From: Chlorokybus atmophyticus
Lineage: Eukaryota > Plantae > Mesostigma and Chlorokybus algae
DNA length: 64,000 bases
NCBI GenBank assembly: GCA_009103225.1
Contig: RHPI01002438.1
Coordinates: 504,637 to 568,636, forward strand
Direction of reading: 5' to 3'
The notes below the pieces were generated by a model. It was given only the letters and a program-made list of their open reading frames with translations. It ran no database searches and had not been told where the DNA came from. Below, one piece after another: positions 11,501 through 24,341 of this stretch. Positions within the stretch are counted from its first letter, which is position 1, and the number at the start of each line of letters is the position of its first letter. The position numbers were made by a program, and so were the translations under genes.

Positions 11501-14500
11501 ATGGCGGCACTGGACGAGCATGCGTACCTGGAGGAGGCTCTAGAACGGGTGAGTTGGCTGGGCCTGTTGTTGGCGCGGCTCGCGCTGCGTGGTATGCAAT
11601 GCTTGCACCGGCGAGCCGCCTTAGGGTTAGGGTTTCCTACGCTAGGTTTTGCTGGTCTTGCTGGTAGGTTGACGGTGATTGCTGCCGGCGTGGTGGTTGC
11701 CGAAGACGCTTGTCGCTTGTGGTCTTGGTGTCGTGCCGGCGTTGCCACATTGCAGCTTGTGCAGCTACAGCGGCAGAAATTGTTTTGTCGCGTTAAGCTT
11801 GTCTCCTGTTGCAGGGTGTAACTGATGCCGGGAAAGAAGCCAACGGCAATGGCAAGGAGGCTCGCAATGCTGAGGATGTACAGAAGAGCGATGGCGCCTC
11901 CAAGCGCAGCAAGGAGGGTGAGAGGGAGCATGGGCGCGATCGAGAAGGTCGCGACAGGGAGCGGGACAAAGACAAGGAGAAGGACAGGGATGGACGGCGG
12001 GACAAGGACAAGGACAGGGAGAGGGACGGGCACAAAGATCATCGAGAACGGGATCGTGACCGAGACCGAGATAGGGATAGTAATAGAGATCGCGAGGTGC
12101 GCAGGAGCAGCAGAGATGATAAAAGGGAAGGCAAGGACGATAAGGCTGTGCGTGATGAACGCAGACCTGATCGCGATCGCGACAGAGAGCGGTCCAGGTC
12201 AGACCGCGATCGCCCCAGGGAAGAACGGCATCCCCGCGACGCTAAGTAAGTGCAGCACATGTTAAACTCGCTGCTTAGCTTAGATCACTAGATTGATTGG
12301 TACTGCACTACTTAGGCCGCGATCTCGGTCTCCTTCACGACCGCACCATCGCTCTAGGAGTAGAGAACGCAACAGATCCCGTAGCAAAGAGCGATCGCGA
12401 AAGAGGTATGCGATATTCAAATGTGGTTTTGAAAGTGCTTTCAGATTGGCTTACGTTGCAGTACTTGCCTCTAAATTTGGATTGATGCTGAACATGTGTG
12501 TATAGAGCTGAGGAAGAGGAAAAGGAACGGCTCCTTCGCGAGAGTCAAGATCCAATCCTGATGGCACAGCGCGAGCGAGGTAAGTTATTGCAATCAGGAT
12601 TTGCATTCATGTGTTCTCTATCTAGGCTGCTGTTGTGTGCTTGATTGGTGTGCAATACTTTGACGTGGTGTTGGTGATGTGTGGCAGAACGGGAGATGGA
12701 GGAGTTGGAGCGCATGTGCAAGACTGTGTATGCTTACAATCTCAACACCAAGGCCGATGAGCGGGACCTGTTTGAATTTTTCTCACAAGCGGGCAAAGTC
12801 ATGGATGTATGTTGATAATGCCAGTGGTGCTATTGCATATGTGTCTGGTTGCATCTATGCCTCTTTAAGGGACCGCATGCTCGCAGTCAACCAACTCCGT
12901 CCTGAACAGGTACGCCTGATCATGGACCGGAACTCGCGGCGCTCAAAGGGGTAGGTTCCTCTGGCATCAATAAAGTTGTGGATGGACCTTGCTTCATTAT
13001 GGTTGCTTGGTGAATTTTTGGAGTTTCGGGTCAATGTTGGCTGCTTGCATTGGTGCAATGCTGATAGCCGCTTTCACTCTGCCGCAGGCTGGCTTATATC
13101 GAGTATGCTGAAAAGGAGTCTGTGCCGCTTGCAATTGCACTATCCGGTCAGATGTTCATGAACCAGCCAGTGATGGTGAAACCTTCCGAGGCTGAGAAGA
13201 ATGTGGTCGCTGCCGCTTCAGCGTAAGTCAACAGTTTGGACTGCATGTTGTGCGTGCATGCTGATGGACTTGGAGGCACATTCTTGATGTACGTGTGCTA
13301 CTCATCAGATTATGCTACGTGGAAGTGTATACGCTTTTGGCGGGCTTGATCAGCCACGATGCAGCAGCTTGTGGTGATGGGGATGCACATGAGACTGCGT
13401 GTTATATTAACTCTTGTTTTCTGGGTGCACTGTGATGGTGCTTAGCTTTTACTAACATACACCGGGCTTTACCTCCCTGTTGACCGATGCCAAGGAACTG
13501 ACACGCATGCGATCTGTGCCTTGGCAGGGCCATGCCATCTGGGCTTGGAGCGTTTGGGTTTGCCTCTGGTGGTCCAGTCAAGCTGTTTGTTGGCAATCTG
13601 CACCTCAACCTTACAGAGGCAGATCTGCAAGGTGTCTTCGATCCTTTTGGTACAATTGATTTCATCCAGCTGGCCATTGATAATGACACCAGACGGTCCA
13701 AAGGCTACGCATATGTGCAGTAAGTGCGCCGTCTCCTTTTATGATACACATCCTTCATAAATGTAGGCAAGGAGTTGGTCAACTCGTCAATCGGTTGGCT
13801 GTGTTGCGCAGATACCAGAATGCATCAGATGCTCAGCAAGCCATCCAGCAGTTGAACGGCATGGAGCTTGCAGGGAAGCAGGTGCGTGGCAAGACGCCTA
13901 GGCAATGGCAGTATGCACCTGGCTTGCATCCATGGGGCAGTGCCGCCTAAAGTCAAAAACGGTTCTGGATGAATAGCTGATTGGTTGCGCGTGTGCTGTC
14001 TAACCAGGTGATGTCTGTTGCAGATGAAGGTTGCTGTACACACTGAAACTTCCAACATGAGCGGCATCAATCTTGGCGAGCTTGATGATGATGGTGGGTG
14101 ATCTGCTCATTTGTGTTCATGTTGCATCTTTTGCGCCCTTTGTGTGACAAGGAATCTTGCAGAGGGTGGTGGCCTGGCGCTTAATGCTCAGTCAAGAGCA
14201 GCACTGATGGCCAAGCTCTCTGGCCAAGCAGTTCCCGGGGTCCCAACGCTGCCAGGCGCTCTACCGTCATGGATGCCTGGCGCAATGGTAAGGGAGAACC
14301 TGTGCAAAGTGCATATGCACACCTACGCGCTATTTCTGTGTGGCTGCATGGTGCATTCCTATGCCAATCTGCTCTTATATGTACAGGCTGCCGCTCCTGC
14401 TGCCGCTCGACCGCAACAGCCAGCTACACCTCCTACGGCAACAGCGTCCCCTGTGCCGACGAATTGCATCTTGCTGAAGAACATGTTTGATCCCACGCAG

Positions 14501-15158
14501 TAAGTATTACAGCACTTGTGATAAAATGTGGGTGCCAATTGGGGTGTGCAGCTAGCGTGATGATCCTACACTTTTGGACAGCACCAGTGCAGTGAGTCTT
14601 ACCACACGAGATTTCTGACTAGCTGGTCTACCCCTCATTTGGTGCACACGGAAATTTGCATCAACCTCGGTTACACATACCATTATGGGCGGCTTGACTT
14701 GTAGTAACTGGTTTTGCTGGCATGCTCAGGGAGACCGAGCCAGAGTGGCATCTTGATATTCAAGATGACGTTCGTGACGAGTGTTCCAAGTATGGCAAAG
14801 TGAAGCACTGCTTCGTGGACAAAAACACCCAGGTGCGCTTTCAGTGGTAACATGGCTTCATTCCTATTGCTTCGTCTACTAACTGACGTGATTGTGGTCT
14901 TGTTGCAACTGCCACAGGGCTATGTCTGGATGAAGTTTGAGACAGCGGCCAGCGCTATCCAAGCCAAGCAAGCACTTGATGGCCGCTGGTTTGCAGGGCG
15001 ACAAATAACTGTCGAGTTCCAGGTATTGTCACGCGCTGCGTTCAGTTATGGCTGAACATGCAATAGCTGGAGTCAACCTGTTGCGTGGTTGAAATCTTGA
15101 CTGAGTCATTGTTTTGCAGAACACAACGGCTTACGCGTCCAAGTTTTCGGACTCATAA
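11501..15158 (+). CDS. RBM39: RBM39/CAPER-like splicing factor (RS/RD-rich N-terminus, 2 RRMs, UHM)
   Basis: MAALDEHAYLEEALE start, RD/RS-rich exon, RTVYAYNLN..ADERDLFEFFSQAGKV, RLIMDRNSRRSKG, KLFVGNLHLNLTEADL, GGLALNAQSRAALMAKL, CILLKNMFDP and ALDGRWFAGRQITVEF. TAA at 15156-15158. Confidence 0.93.
11621..11635. promoter_or_regulatory. Telo-box-like motif (TTAGGGTTAGGGTTT) in first intron of RBM39-like gene
   Basis: Matches the plant telo-box TAGGGTTT/AAACCCTA. Similar motifs at 24146 and 34422 lie near other gene starts. Confidence 0.45.
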
Positions 15159-17284
15159 ATCAGGGCTCATCCGTCCAGGGGGGCTGCCATAGCAAACCCC
15201 TGCATACATGGGCCGCAGAACACCAAGCAGTTTCAGCAAGCACTGACACTGGTGCACGTCTGAAGGCTGTCTTTCTGCCTCGGATGTCCAACTGTGTATG
15301 AAGTGTAGATATTGCAGGCATGCACAAGGTAGCCCAGCGTGCTCATCCGGTTTCTGAACTGCAGGGGATGCGGTGCATGTGTTGAGCAGCAGCTATGGTA
15401 ATGACTTGCGGGGTCTTTTGACCACTGCAGTGTCTGTTGCCTATCTGGGTGATTGCGTGTTATGTAGCCGTAACGTATGGTGCTTACTGGTCTCTCACCA
15501 GACTGCCTGTGCTTAGGGTGGAAGCACCTCTCGTTGTGGCGGCCACCACAACCTCTTGGTCAGGTGTCCAGAGTTTGTCTCTCAGTGATCAATCACAACT
15601 GAACCTGGTCTGCATGCCTTGAGGGTACAAGCATGTAGTGTCTGTACTTGCGGGGTGTAAAGATGGAGTGCTGATAAGCCCGCGTGCATGGGGTCATAAG
15701 CATGAGACATGCATGTATGTTCCATTCTCATGTGTTGTTGTGACGTATGAGCATTCTACTGTTAGAGCGCTTGTATGTGAATTTCTGGACGAGGTTGGTG
15801 TGTGTGTAGAACCTATTCTCTGAACACGCAGCAGATTAGGAGTTGACGTGCACAGGAAAGTACTTTGCAATCAACTGTGCTGTCTGCATAGGGTAAATAG
15901 AGGCATGAGCTGCGTGTGGCTTGCACGGTAAATGTCAGCAGGTGCACGCTCTTGTTCCTGAATTTCTTTCTTGTCCACCTCTTGTCCCAACATGCACATA
16001 ACAAGATTGACGTGTAAACTTTGCAGTTCAATTTATTGTGTAGTGTTTATATGTCCGCCAAAAATGAGCAATTGCATTTGCATTGTTAGAGTTTGTCTGA
16101 GGTCTTACCTGCAACAGTGCGTGCACAGTATCCATTCGATGGTCACCTGTCTGACAATGTCAACTCATTGGGACTAATTTGTTGAAGTTGGTCACGTAAC
16201 AGCTGCTAGCACATCACATCAGTTTTGCAATGTGATTGCCATTTGCGTACGGTGCACAGTTGTCAATAACGTCATGCGCAAGGCGAGTCACGCATGCGGC
16301 GCGCACATGCCGTGTACACGCGCCGTCCGTTGTGCGACCGTTCACGTTACGCCAATACTCGTCAGTGACGCCAGCCGTGGCAGGCGAGTCACCTGAGGCG
16401 ACGCAATCAATCGTCATCAAGTTACGGTGTTTCATTCTTTTAGTTCACTGCGAGGTAGGTTGTTGGGTACTGTTCCGAACAAGGAGATTGACTCAAGTTG
16501 AATCACTGACTAGACTTGCACATCACTCAACGTTGGCATTTGCCACGTGCATGCGGTCAGCGGCGGCGGCGGAGCTGTCTTTGTGGGTGTTGCCGGCGTT
16601 GCAGGTGTGCTTGTCTGGCTGCGGCCGCCTGTCGACCAGGCTTCTTTGGAGTGTTGGGCGCTAGCGGGCAGCTGAGAAGCGTACGTTGACGCTGGGGCGG
16701 CATCAATTGGGGTAAGTGCTTAAGTGTGCGTTTTGCTTGCATGAAGCTGTCCTGGCGTTTCTCGGCTGCTGGGCTTTCTTCTAACATCACAAATGCAGTA
16801 GCTTCGGTAGCATGTACGAAACGCACTGCTGCACGCGGTCAACATTCTTTAGCGATTATCAGATGGTAGATTCAGCGCTGCTGTCTTTCCGCGTCTTGCG
16901 TGTTACAGCTGGGCTGACAACAGCGTACATGTCTTCTGCCTCTCAGTCAGGATGGCACTAGCAGCCAAATCTACAGCTTTGGTTAGCTATTGTAGAAACG
17001 GATGCTTGACTTGAATGGCTACACTGTCCATTCATAGCGTTTGGTTTGTCGCAGTCGGCACAAAAGCAGCTAGCTGCTTAATTTATGAACTATCAGCCCT
17101 TACACCTGCATAATCACAATCACGGCATGGTTATCTCTTTTGATTTCAGAAGCTTTTGCTTAGCAGTTTGCCGCACTTTGGTAATCAATTTCCATATGCT
17201 TCAGCTTTGGGCAGTGCGCCACCTGGGAGCTTAGTCAACATACGCTGCTGCCATACCCTTCGCTGTCTTGTGAGAACGACAGTC

Positions 17285-19659
17285 ATGACGCGTGCAGCAG
17301 TAGCGCCCAGCATAAGCTTGGCGCTACTGCTGTGTCTGAGCTTATATGCCAGTCATTGCGCTGCTGCGCTCCCTTTACAAAGGCGCCGGCTTCTCCAGTC
17401 AGGTAGTGTTGGTCTGCCAAATGTGTCAGCAACTGCGGAATCTTCGAGTTGGGTTTGTGTTGACTTCTGTCGTGTAATTGCAAAAACTGTGCAGATTCAT
17501 CCAGCGTGACAGTCGCAGCTTTCTATGATCCTCCTTTCATCAACTTGCTGCCCACCGATCTGGCGGGCACCACCGATAATGGCCAGACTGGAATTGTGGC
17601 ATCAGCTGACCTCCGCGACCACGCCTTGTAAGTGCACTGTTGTTGCACAAGGATTGTGTGCAACCTTCATGCCATTGTCATGTTCAACTTCATTGCTGAC
17701 TGTGTGCATAGGGCGATGCCAAAATTCGGGTATGCTCTGGCCTTGTTTGATCTCGTTGCGCTGCGTTCCAACATGCCCTACCTATTCAACATGACTGGTA
17801 AGTCCTCAATAAACACTCTCAGCTGCTATAGTAAAGTTCATAAATAGAAACTGTTTGCAGTTGGAGTAGTTGACAATGAGTTGTCTGTGTTTGCCAGGTC
17901 AGGGCATGTCGGATGTCTGTCAGTATGTTGGCGAGACGACAAGTGATCTCGTAAGTAGACGCATACGCAATGCAGCGGCGGCGGTTTTCTGTATTGTGTT
18001 TATGCTTATGTGCTCATTGTGCAGCGAGTGGCGCTGGTGCCACTTCCGCGGCTGGCAGATGTTGATTATGTAAACCCCTGCGATCACGACCTTGATCTGA
18101 AGGTAGTGCACCTGCGTTCTTAAGTGAGCTTCATCATGATGTCTATGCACGCACTTGGATGTGAACGCAGATTTGCGAGCATGCTTGCACTGTGCGCTCA
18201 TTGGGGTTGCTATCTAACACCTCTCAAGTGGTAATTCTGCAGAGAATCCCTATGTACGAGTCTGGAATGGTGATGATGGTGCGGTTGGCGTCGTTTGAGG
18301 AGACTCAGGTATGCGCATGTTTATATGTTGGTGGCTTGTATGCAACTTGTAGAGCTGCTGTCATAGGTTGAACGTACCAAAAAGCACACAACAAAATGTT
18401 GCGCTTGTTTGCTGCAGACGTCTCCAGGCGCAGCCTTCTTGCATGCGCTGAAGCAGCCGAGCTCCATCAACGCTATGTGCGTGTTCGTGATCGGTATCAT
18501 CCTATCGGGCCACGTGATGTGGATGCTGGAGCGCAACAGCAACAGCGAGACCTTCCCTAAGCCATACCTTGAGGGCCTGGATGACTCGTGCTGGTGGTCG
18601 GCACAGACGGTTACCACGGTGGGTTATGGAGACAAGGTCCCCATCACCCTTCTCGGCCGCGTGTTTGCGTTCGTGTGGGCCGTGGCGGGCCTCTTCATCA
18701 TCGTGTTCTTCACGGGAACCATCACGTCGGAGATGACGCTCAGTCGCAAGGGTGCCGAGCTGCAGGGGCTGGCGGACATCACGTCGGGTACCAACGTGGG
18801 CGTGATGTCCAACTGGATGGACGCCACGTCCGCCGTCATTGGCGGCATCGGCGCCAACCTCATCGCATGCGGCAGCGGCAACGACATTACGTCTTGCGCG
18901 GACATGCTCAAGAAGAAGCAGGTTCAGGTGGTCATCGGGGACTACCCAACGGTTGTGAACTTCGTGTCCAACACTGTCGGCAATAACGGCGAGTATGACA
19001 TCATTGGAGACGTGTTCAACGAGGGCAATGTGTACGACTACAACATCGTAGTTAACGTCAATGCGCCAGGCGGTGCCGATCTTTACGATAAACTGCTCTC
19101 CACGCTTGAATCTGTTGAAGGAGGCGGCAGCTATGATCGCATCACCTCGCATTATTTTGGGGATGCTCGTCGCAAGGCCCTTGCTGCGCAGCGCACGTCC
19201 ACAGTCCTCAGCCTCAGCTCCCGCGAGAACTCGTACAACTGGTGGCTGATTGTCATCACCCTGTCCGTGTTCTTGTTCTTCATCCTGCTCAACATCTACA
19301 CGTGGGCACGCGAAGCTCAGCGAACAGGCGAAATCCATCTGCCCAGGTGAGAGACACATATGTTCCTTACATCTGTGACATTGATCAGCTTATGGCGCGT
19401 CAATGTATGTCGTGATGCACACGGCACAAGTGTTGTCCGTTAGATTTCGCAGACCAACAGGGTATTGTGTTGCAGACTTGGGCGGTGGATTCTGCGGCGT
19501 CTAGACACCTTCCATGGACGCAAGTGGGTGTTGGAACCCGTGCCCGAGAACATCCCGTTAGAGAGCGCTCGCAGCCGGTTGCGGGGGCCTTCCGATCCGG
19601 ATTCGTGCGCTCCCAATGGGCAGATTGTCAACTCTGCTCCCAGCCATACCTTATTGTAG
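17285..19659 (+). CDS. GluR0-like ligand-gated K+ channel (signal peptide, split S1/S2 binding domain, M1-P(TVGYGD)-M3, extra C-terminal TM)
   Basis: Signal peptide MTRAAVAPSISLALLLCLSLYASHCAAA, several small GT-AG exons, then a large exon with VMWMLERNSNSETFPKPYLEGLDDSCWWSAQTVTTVGYGDKVPITLLGRVFAFVW...FFTGTITSEMT (TTVGYGD at 18613-18633). An S2-like region and TM WWLIVITLSVFLFFILLNIYTW (from 19240) follow. Last exon tentative. Confidence 0.85.
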
Positions 19660-20544
19660 GTTAGTTGCCTTGGAGAGTGAGAGACATTCCTTCACTTGTA
19701 GTGTATTAACCCAACTAGTGGTCCCTTGCTGCTTGTTAGTTGGTGGTTGTGCCGGCACTCACGCAGTCAAAGTGCCTTGTTTTTTTTGTATGCAAGTGCG
19801 GTTGATTGCTGTGTTGTAGGCATGAGTCTTGTGTACACTTGATTATGCTAATGAATCGGTGTGCTTGGGGATATATCACATCATGAGTCTTGCTCGCAGA
19901 TTTGTACATCCAACTGAAAATGTGGCTGAGTTTGCAATCTCATGCAATCTCGTGTAGAGTGCACGGTGATACATCAACAGGAAAGTGATACGTCCGATAG
20001 GGCAGAAGAAGAAAGATAGGGCGGATGCGCTGCTTCCTCATACAGCTGTCACAACTCTCAGCGCCTTGGTGTTGACCGTCTGTGTATACCTTTTGCTGTT
20101 TATATCTTGTGCTGTAAGTAGTAGTGGAGTTTATTAAGTCAGTGGTTGGCCAAAGCATTTCCTGTCTCATGCTGGGTCGACAAGTCTACAAGGCAACTCA
20201 AAAACGGTGTGTACTTGCAGTTGCGTTGCTCTTAGGGTTCATTGTTACTAGTGAGGCATTCCCCTAAGGCCTTTTCCTTCCAACGCTTGCTTGGGTACAG
20301 CAAGCACCTCCGCTGTCTGATTATTGTATGCATGCATAAGTCACACCTTGTCATTGTTGGTGGCATACACATTGCTGCGTCATGCATTCTCAGTTTGTGC
20401 ATGCTGCGACTTTGCATCCCAGTGCATGACCCTGTGCATAACAGAGAAACGAGATCAACGACAACACGAATCCTCAGGGCAACATGAGACAGCGCACACA
20501 TGTGCGTGCGTGCATGCGCGTGTATGTTCAGACAACATTGTGTG

Positions 20545-22958
20545 CTACGGTCGGCGAACCCAAGTACAACTATCTAGTAGTGCCGCAGCTGTCGCGTTCA
20601 GTGCTCTGCATCGGGAGACCACTTCTGCGGTCACAAGATGATACGAACATCAGAGTACGTACACAAGCACACATCCGTTGCACACACTTGCATCCTCGCG
20701 ACTCACACCTTGAAACCTTGCCGTTGCTCCTGGTAGAAACTGGCTGGCTGCTGGCAGTTGTTTCTCGTCCCAACTGTAGCCTGTATGTCAATTACGCACA
20801 TATAAGTGAAGACTATACTGTTTTGTCAGTCAACCAAACAGGACATATACTTGGAGACATGCACACACTCATGCAGACACACACACACATGCACAAACAT
20901 GCATGCACACCCGCGTGAACGCGCACACGCAGACACGCGTAAGCGTGCACATACATGCACGCACCCGTACTCACTTTCACATGCACCCGCGCACGCACAT
21001 GCCCAAGCCCACATACCTTCAAGCCACTTCGCAGGCATTGCAGCGTACACCGCAGCCCCCACCCCACCTGCACATCCAACCCCAATGACTATCACTCACC
21101 ATCACTCTCCCCCCTCCCACCCACCCCCCGCTCCCCCCACCCCCACCCCAACTCACCTCCTCCTCCTCCTTGCACCCCGAAGCACCCCCCGTTGCGCGAC
21201 CGGCTCCGCAGGAGGCTGGATGCGGGGCTGCCGGCCGCGACGAAGTCGGGGAGCTGCAGGGGAGACGGGCTGCTGGAACGAGAGAGGGAGAGGGAGTCGG
21301 TGGAGTATAGGAGGGAAGTGAAGGCTGGGAGATGTGGATAGACACAGTTGTGAGTAGACAAGAAGTAGAGCGTTTCTCAACACGTGCGTGCTGATGTGCA
21401 TGCGTGCGTGCGTGCGTGCGTACACCCGTGCACACGCACGCATACTTGAAAAGTGCGGCATAGTCAGCAATGACTGCCAGTGCGCTCGTGGTAAGGGTGT
21501 GCTTGCACACGCTCGTACACCCGCGTGTGCACGCACACGCACGCACAGGCAGATACAGATACATTGAAGACGTATGTGTATCTGTATCTGCCTTGCAAGC
21601 GGTGACAACAGTCAGCTCTTTACCAAGCTCATCACCTGCTCTGTCGCTCATCTGAGGCTGGTCAGCGTCTCGATCAGAAGGTGTGGGTGCAGCAGTCGAA
21701 GGTGCATACTGTGTTGCAGTGGGTTGTGTTGGAACGGTGGGTGCTGCGGGTGCTGCTGAGGTGCTTGAAGTGAAGCGGAGCCTGCGCACACATGAATTGG
21801 CGCACAGAAGAGTAGAAGCATAAGGGCACACGTGTGCGTGCGTGTGTGTCCACACGCATGTATGCCGCTTGGGAATTAAATGTGAGCTTAGGCAATCGTA
21901 GACTTGTGCAGTAGAACTCGGGCTTTTGATTGGTTGTGCACACTGGTGTATGCACTTATCGTTTGTGCAGGTCATGAGTGCGCATATGCTTTCAAGTGCG
22001 TGCGCGCATTTGTCGGTTGGCACGAGTGTTCACATGCGCGTGTGCGTTTTGGTGCTCAGGTGTGTATGTGTGCACCTCTCTCCATCAAGGTTGCGCAAGC
22101 CCGGCAGCTTCTCCACAATATAGGCTCTGTATCCCCGCACATTGCAAACTGCAGCAGAGAATAATAACCACTCACTCTCTTGCAAAACTTGCAAACACAG
22201 CACACGCTTGTACGAATCAATAAACGCGTTCTCACCTGGGTTCTTCAGCGTGCCGTCAATGTTCTTGAGATACAAACTGCGGAATAGGGGCAGCCCTTGC
22301 TGCACGAAGTATCCATTTAGCAACCCAAAGTTTCATAGCTGATTACAACTCTTGTGTGACCTAACAACAAGTGCGTAACTCTCTACAACTCACAACTCAC
22401 CAGGCAAAGGATCTCCTCGAGACTTGTCACTTGGTTGCCCTGTAAAAGGAGGTGCTCAAGGGACGAAAGGGAGCTCAGCCAGCCTGCATTGTGCATACAA
22501 ACTCAACAGGGAGGTTAATAGTCTTTGCACAGTGTACGCAATGTCACTCAGTGGCTTACCCAACTTCTGCACGCGGTTGCGCGTAAGCACGAGTTTCCTC
22601 AGCTGCGTCAGTCCCTCGAGCCCCTGTCATGTGAAACCCAAACAGAACAGATGTTATTGGAAACGCAACCTACGGAGCAAGCCAACGTGTTTTATTATGT
22701 ATAAAGTCTCTCACCTCGCACCTTTCAATGGCATTGTCAGATAGGTCAAGCTCGACGAGGTTAATGCACCGCGCGAGACACGCCACCTGAGACAAACCTG
22801 CCGTGTAACAAAGCCACAGTCGTAAAGGTAAATTATAGGTTCATGTTGGAGAGCAGGCTGTGACTTGGGTGCGCATCTTCTGAAGTGGATACGTAGTAAC
22901 ACAATGGTACAACAAATCACAAACGTACACAAACACACGCACGCGCACACACAGAGAG

Positions 22959-23032
<74 letters not shown>

Positions 23033-23041
23033 NNNNNNNNN

Positions 23042-23099
<58 letters not shown>

Positions 23100-23224
23100 C
23101 TCTTGGCCACAGGCAGCGTCCCGTGATGACTCACCTCTCCCTGTGATTGCCAGCCTCGACACAGATTCAACATGAAAGGTTCCAGCGGCATTCCTTACAG
23201 CTTCTTCAGTCAAAACAGCCTCAT
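20545..23224 (-). CDS. LRRC61-like leucine-rich repeat protein, multi-exon
   Basis: Exons: MRLFLTEEAVRNAAGTFHVESVSRLAITGR; CINLVELDLSDNAIER; GLEGLTQLRKLVLTRNRVQKL; LSSLEHLLLQGNQVTSLEEILCL; LYLKNIDGTLKNP/VCNVRGYRAYIVEKLPGLRNLDGER (LRR cap); FQEVVSRCRALNATAAALL. The pattern resembles LRRC61 as recalled; 3' end tentative. Confidence 0.7.
22953..23098. repeat. (GA)n microsatellite containing a 9-N gap (23033-23041), intronic
   Basis: Direct reading. Confidence 0.98.
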
Positions 23225-24341
23225 CAGACTGTCAAGCAAGAGAAAGCTTGATCAATCCATCACTAGATAGCGTTGATTGGCCACAAAAAGCTAGCGAATC
23301 CACACCGTCGGCCTCACCTTGTGCGCCAACTCCGGCGGCAGCGGCGAGCGCCTGATAGCTCCACCGTCTAGACTCAGCCGTCTTGCCAGACCAACTTCGA
23401 CCATGTTGTCCCGCACACCGCCGTTGCTGCCGCCGCTCCTCGCAACAAGGAGGACAAGGACAAGGAGAAGGAGGTGCAGTCACGTGATGCACAGCTATTG
23501 TGCGCCGCACAGTCTCTGTGCGCAAAGCGCACAAGCCAGAACGAAACCGGTTTTGCAGCCACTACCGTTGCCTCCTACGTGTAACAGGCTGCCGTTCGAA
23601 TGTTGCGCGGGAAACAGAAGAGTTTGCCAGTCCGTGTCGTATCCAGTGTCGTATCAGCGCGTTTGTGTTGCATGCGGCGCCCACGTAGCGCGCGGCAGGC
23701 GGCTCTACCTGCCACGTTGGCGCACTTCGTACGCAGTTGAGCCCCTTCCGACGCAGATCTTTTATATCGCACGGTCCGCCGTCCGCCACGCTGCAGAGCT
23801 GGCACCTGCGACACACTGAATCCGTATACCATTTACGTCCCCACTGTACTAAGCTCCATGAAAGGCAGCAATTGGTGTCATTGACCACTGTTGTGCGCTA
23901 ATTGCTCCATATTGCATGAACTTGAGATGTGATGTCACGCTTTCTGTAGGTAACCACAGGAGTCGTGCTCATCCTGTCAGCAAGCACGGCTGAAACCCGC
24001 GGCTGAAAAAACCTGAGCGTGCATCCCAACCTTACCGCACGTCACCCGCCGTAACGCACGTTTGAACTGCGCGGGCAGCCGCTGGCTGCAACGTTAACGT
24101 TACGGTAGCCACAGGAAGTTGACTGTGTCATCGGCGAGGAGGGAGTTAGGGTTTCGGGCGGCGGTGTGGGCGGCGGTGTCGGCGGGGTGGTCGCTGGCGT
24201 GTGGTGGACGCTTGTGGAGGTGCTGGAGACGTAGCTGCCTGGTCAGGTTTGGTGGGAGTTGTGTGGCGATTGGCAGCTGGGGCATGGTAGCATGAGACCT
24301 GTGCAAGTGAGGGGGAAGGTGCTGCTAGGCTGGGGAGAGTG

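Noticed and set aside
18409-19350. Bacterial contamination as source of the GluR0-like ORF
   Set aside because: It is linked to a signal-peptide exon and several GT-AG introns in the same style as neighbouring genes.
20800-21560. (CA/CG/TG)-rich stretches giving His/Thr/Ala- or Cys/Val-rich ORFs
   Set aside because: Low-complexity intronic sequence common throughout this window.
22841-23213. RERERE / LSLSLS ORFs
   Set aside because: Translations of the (GA)n microsatellite.
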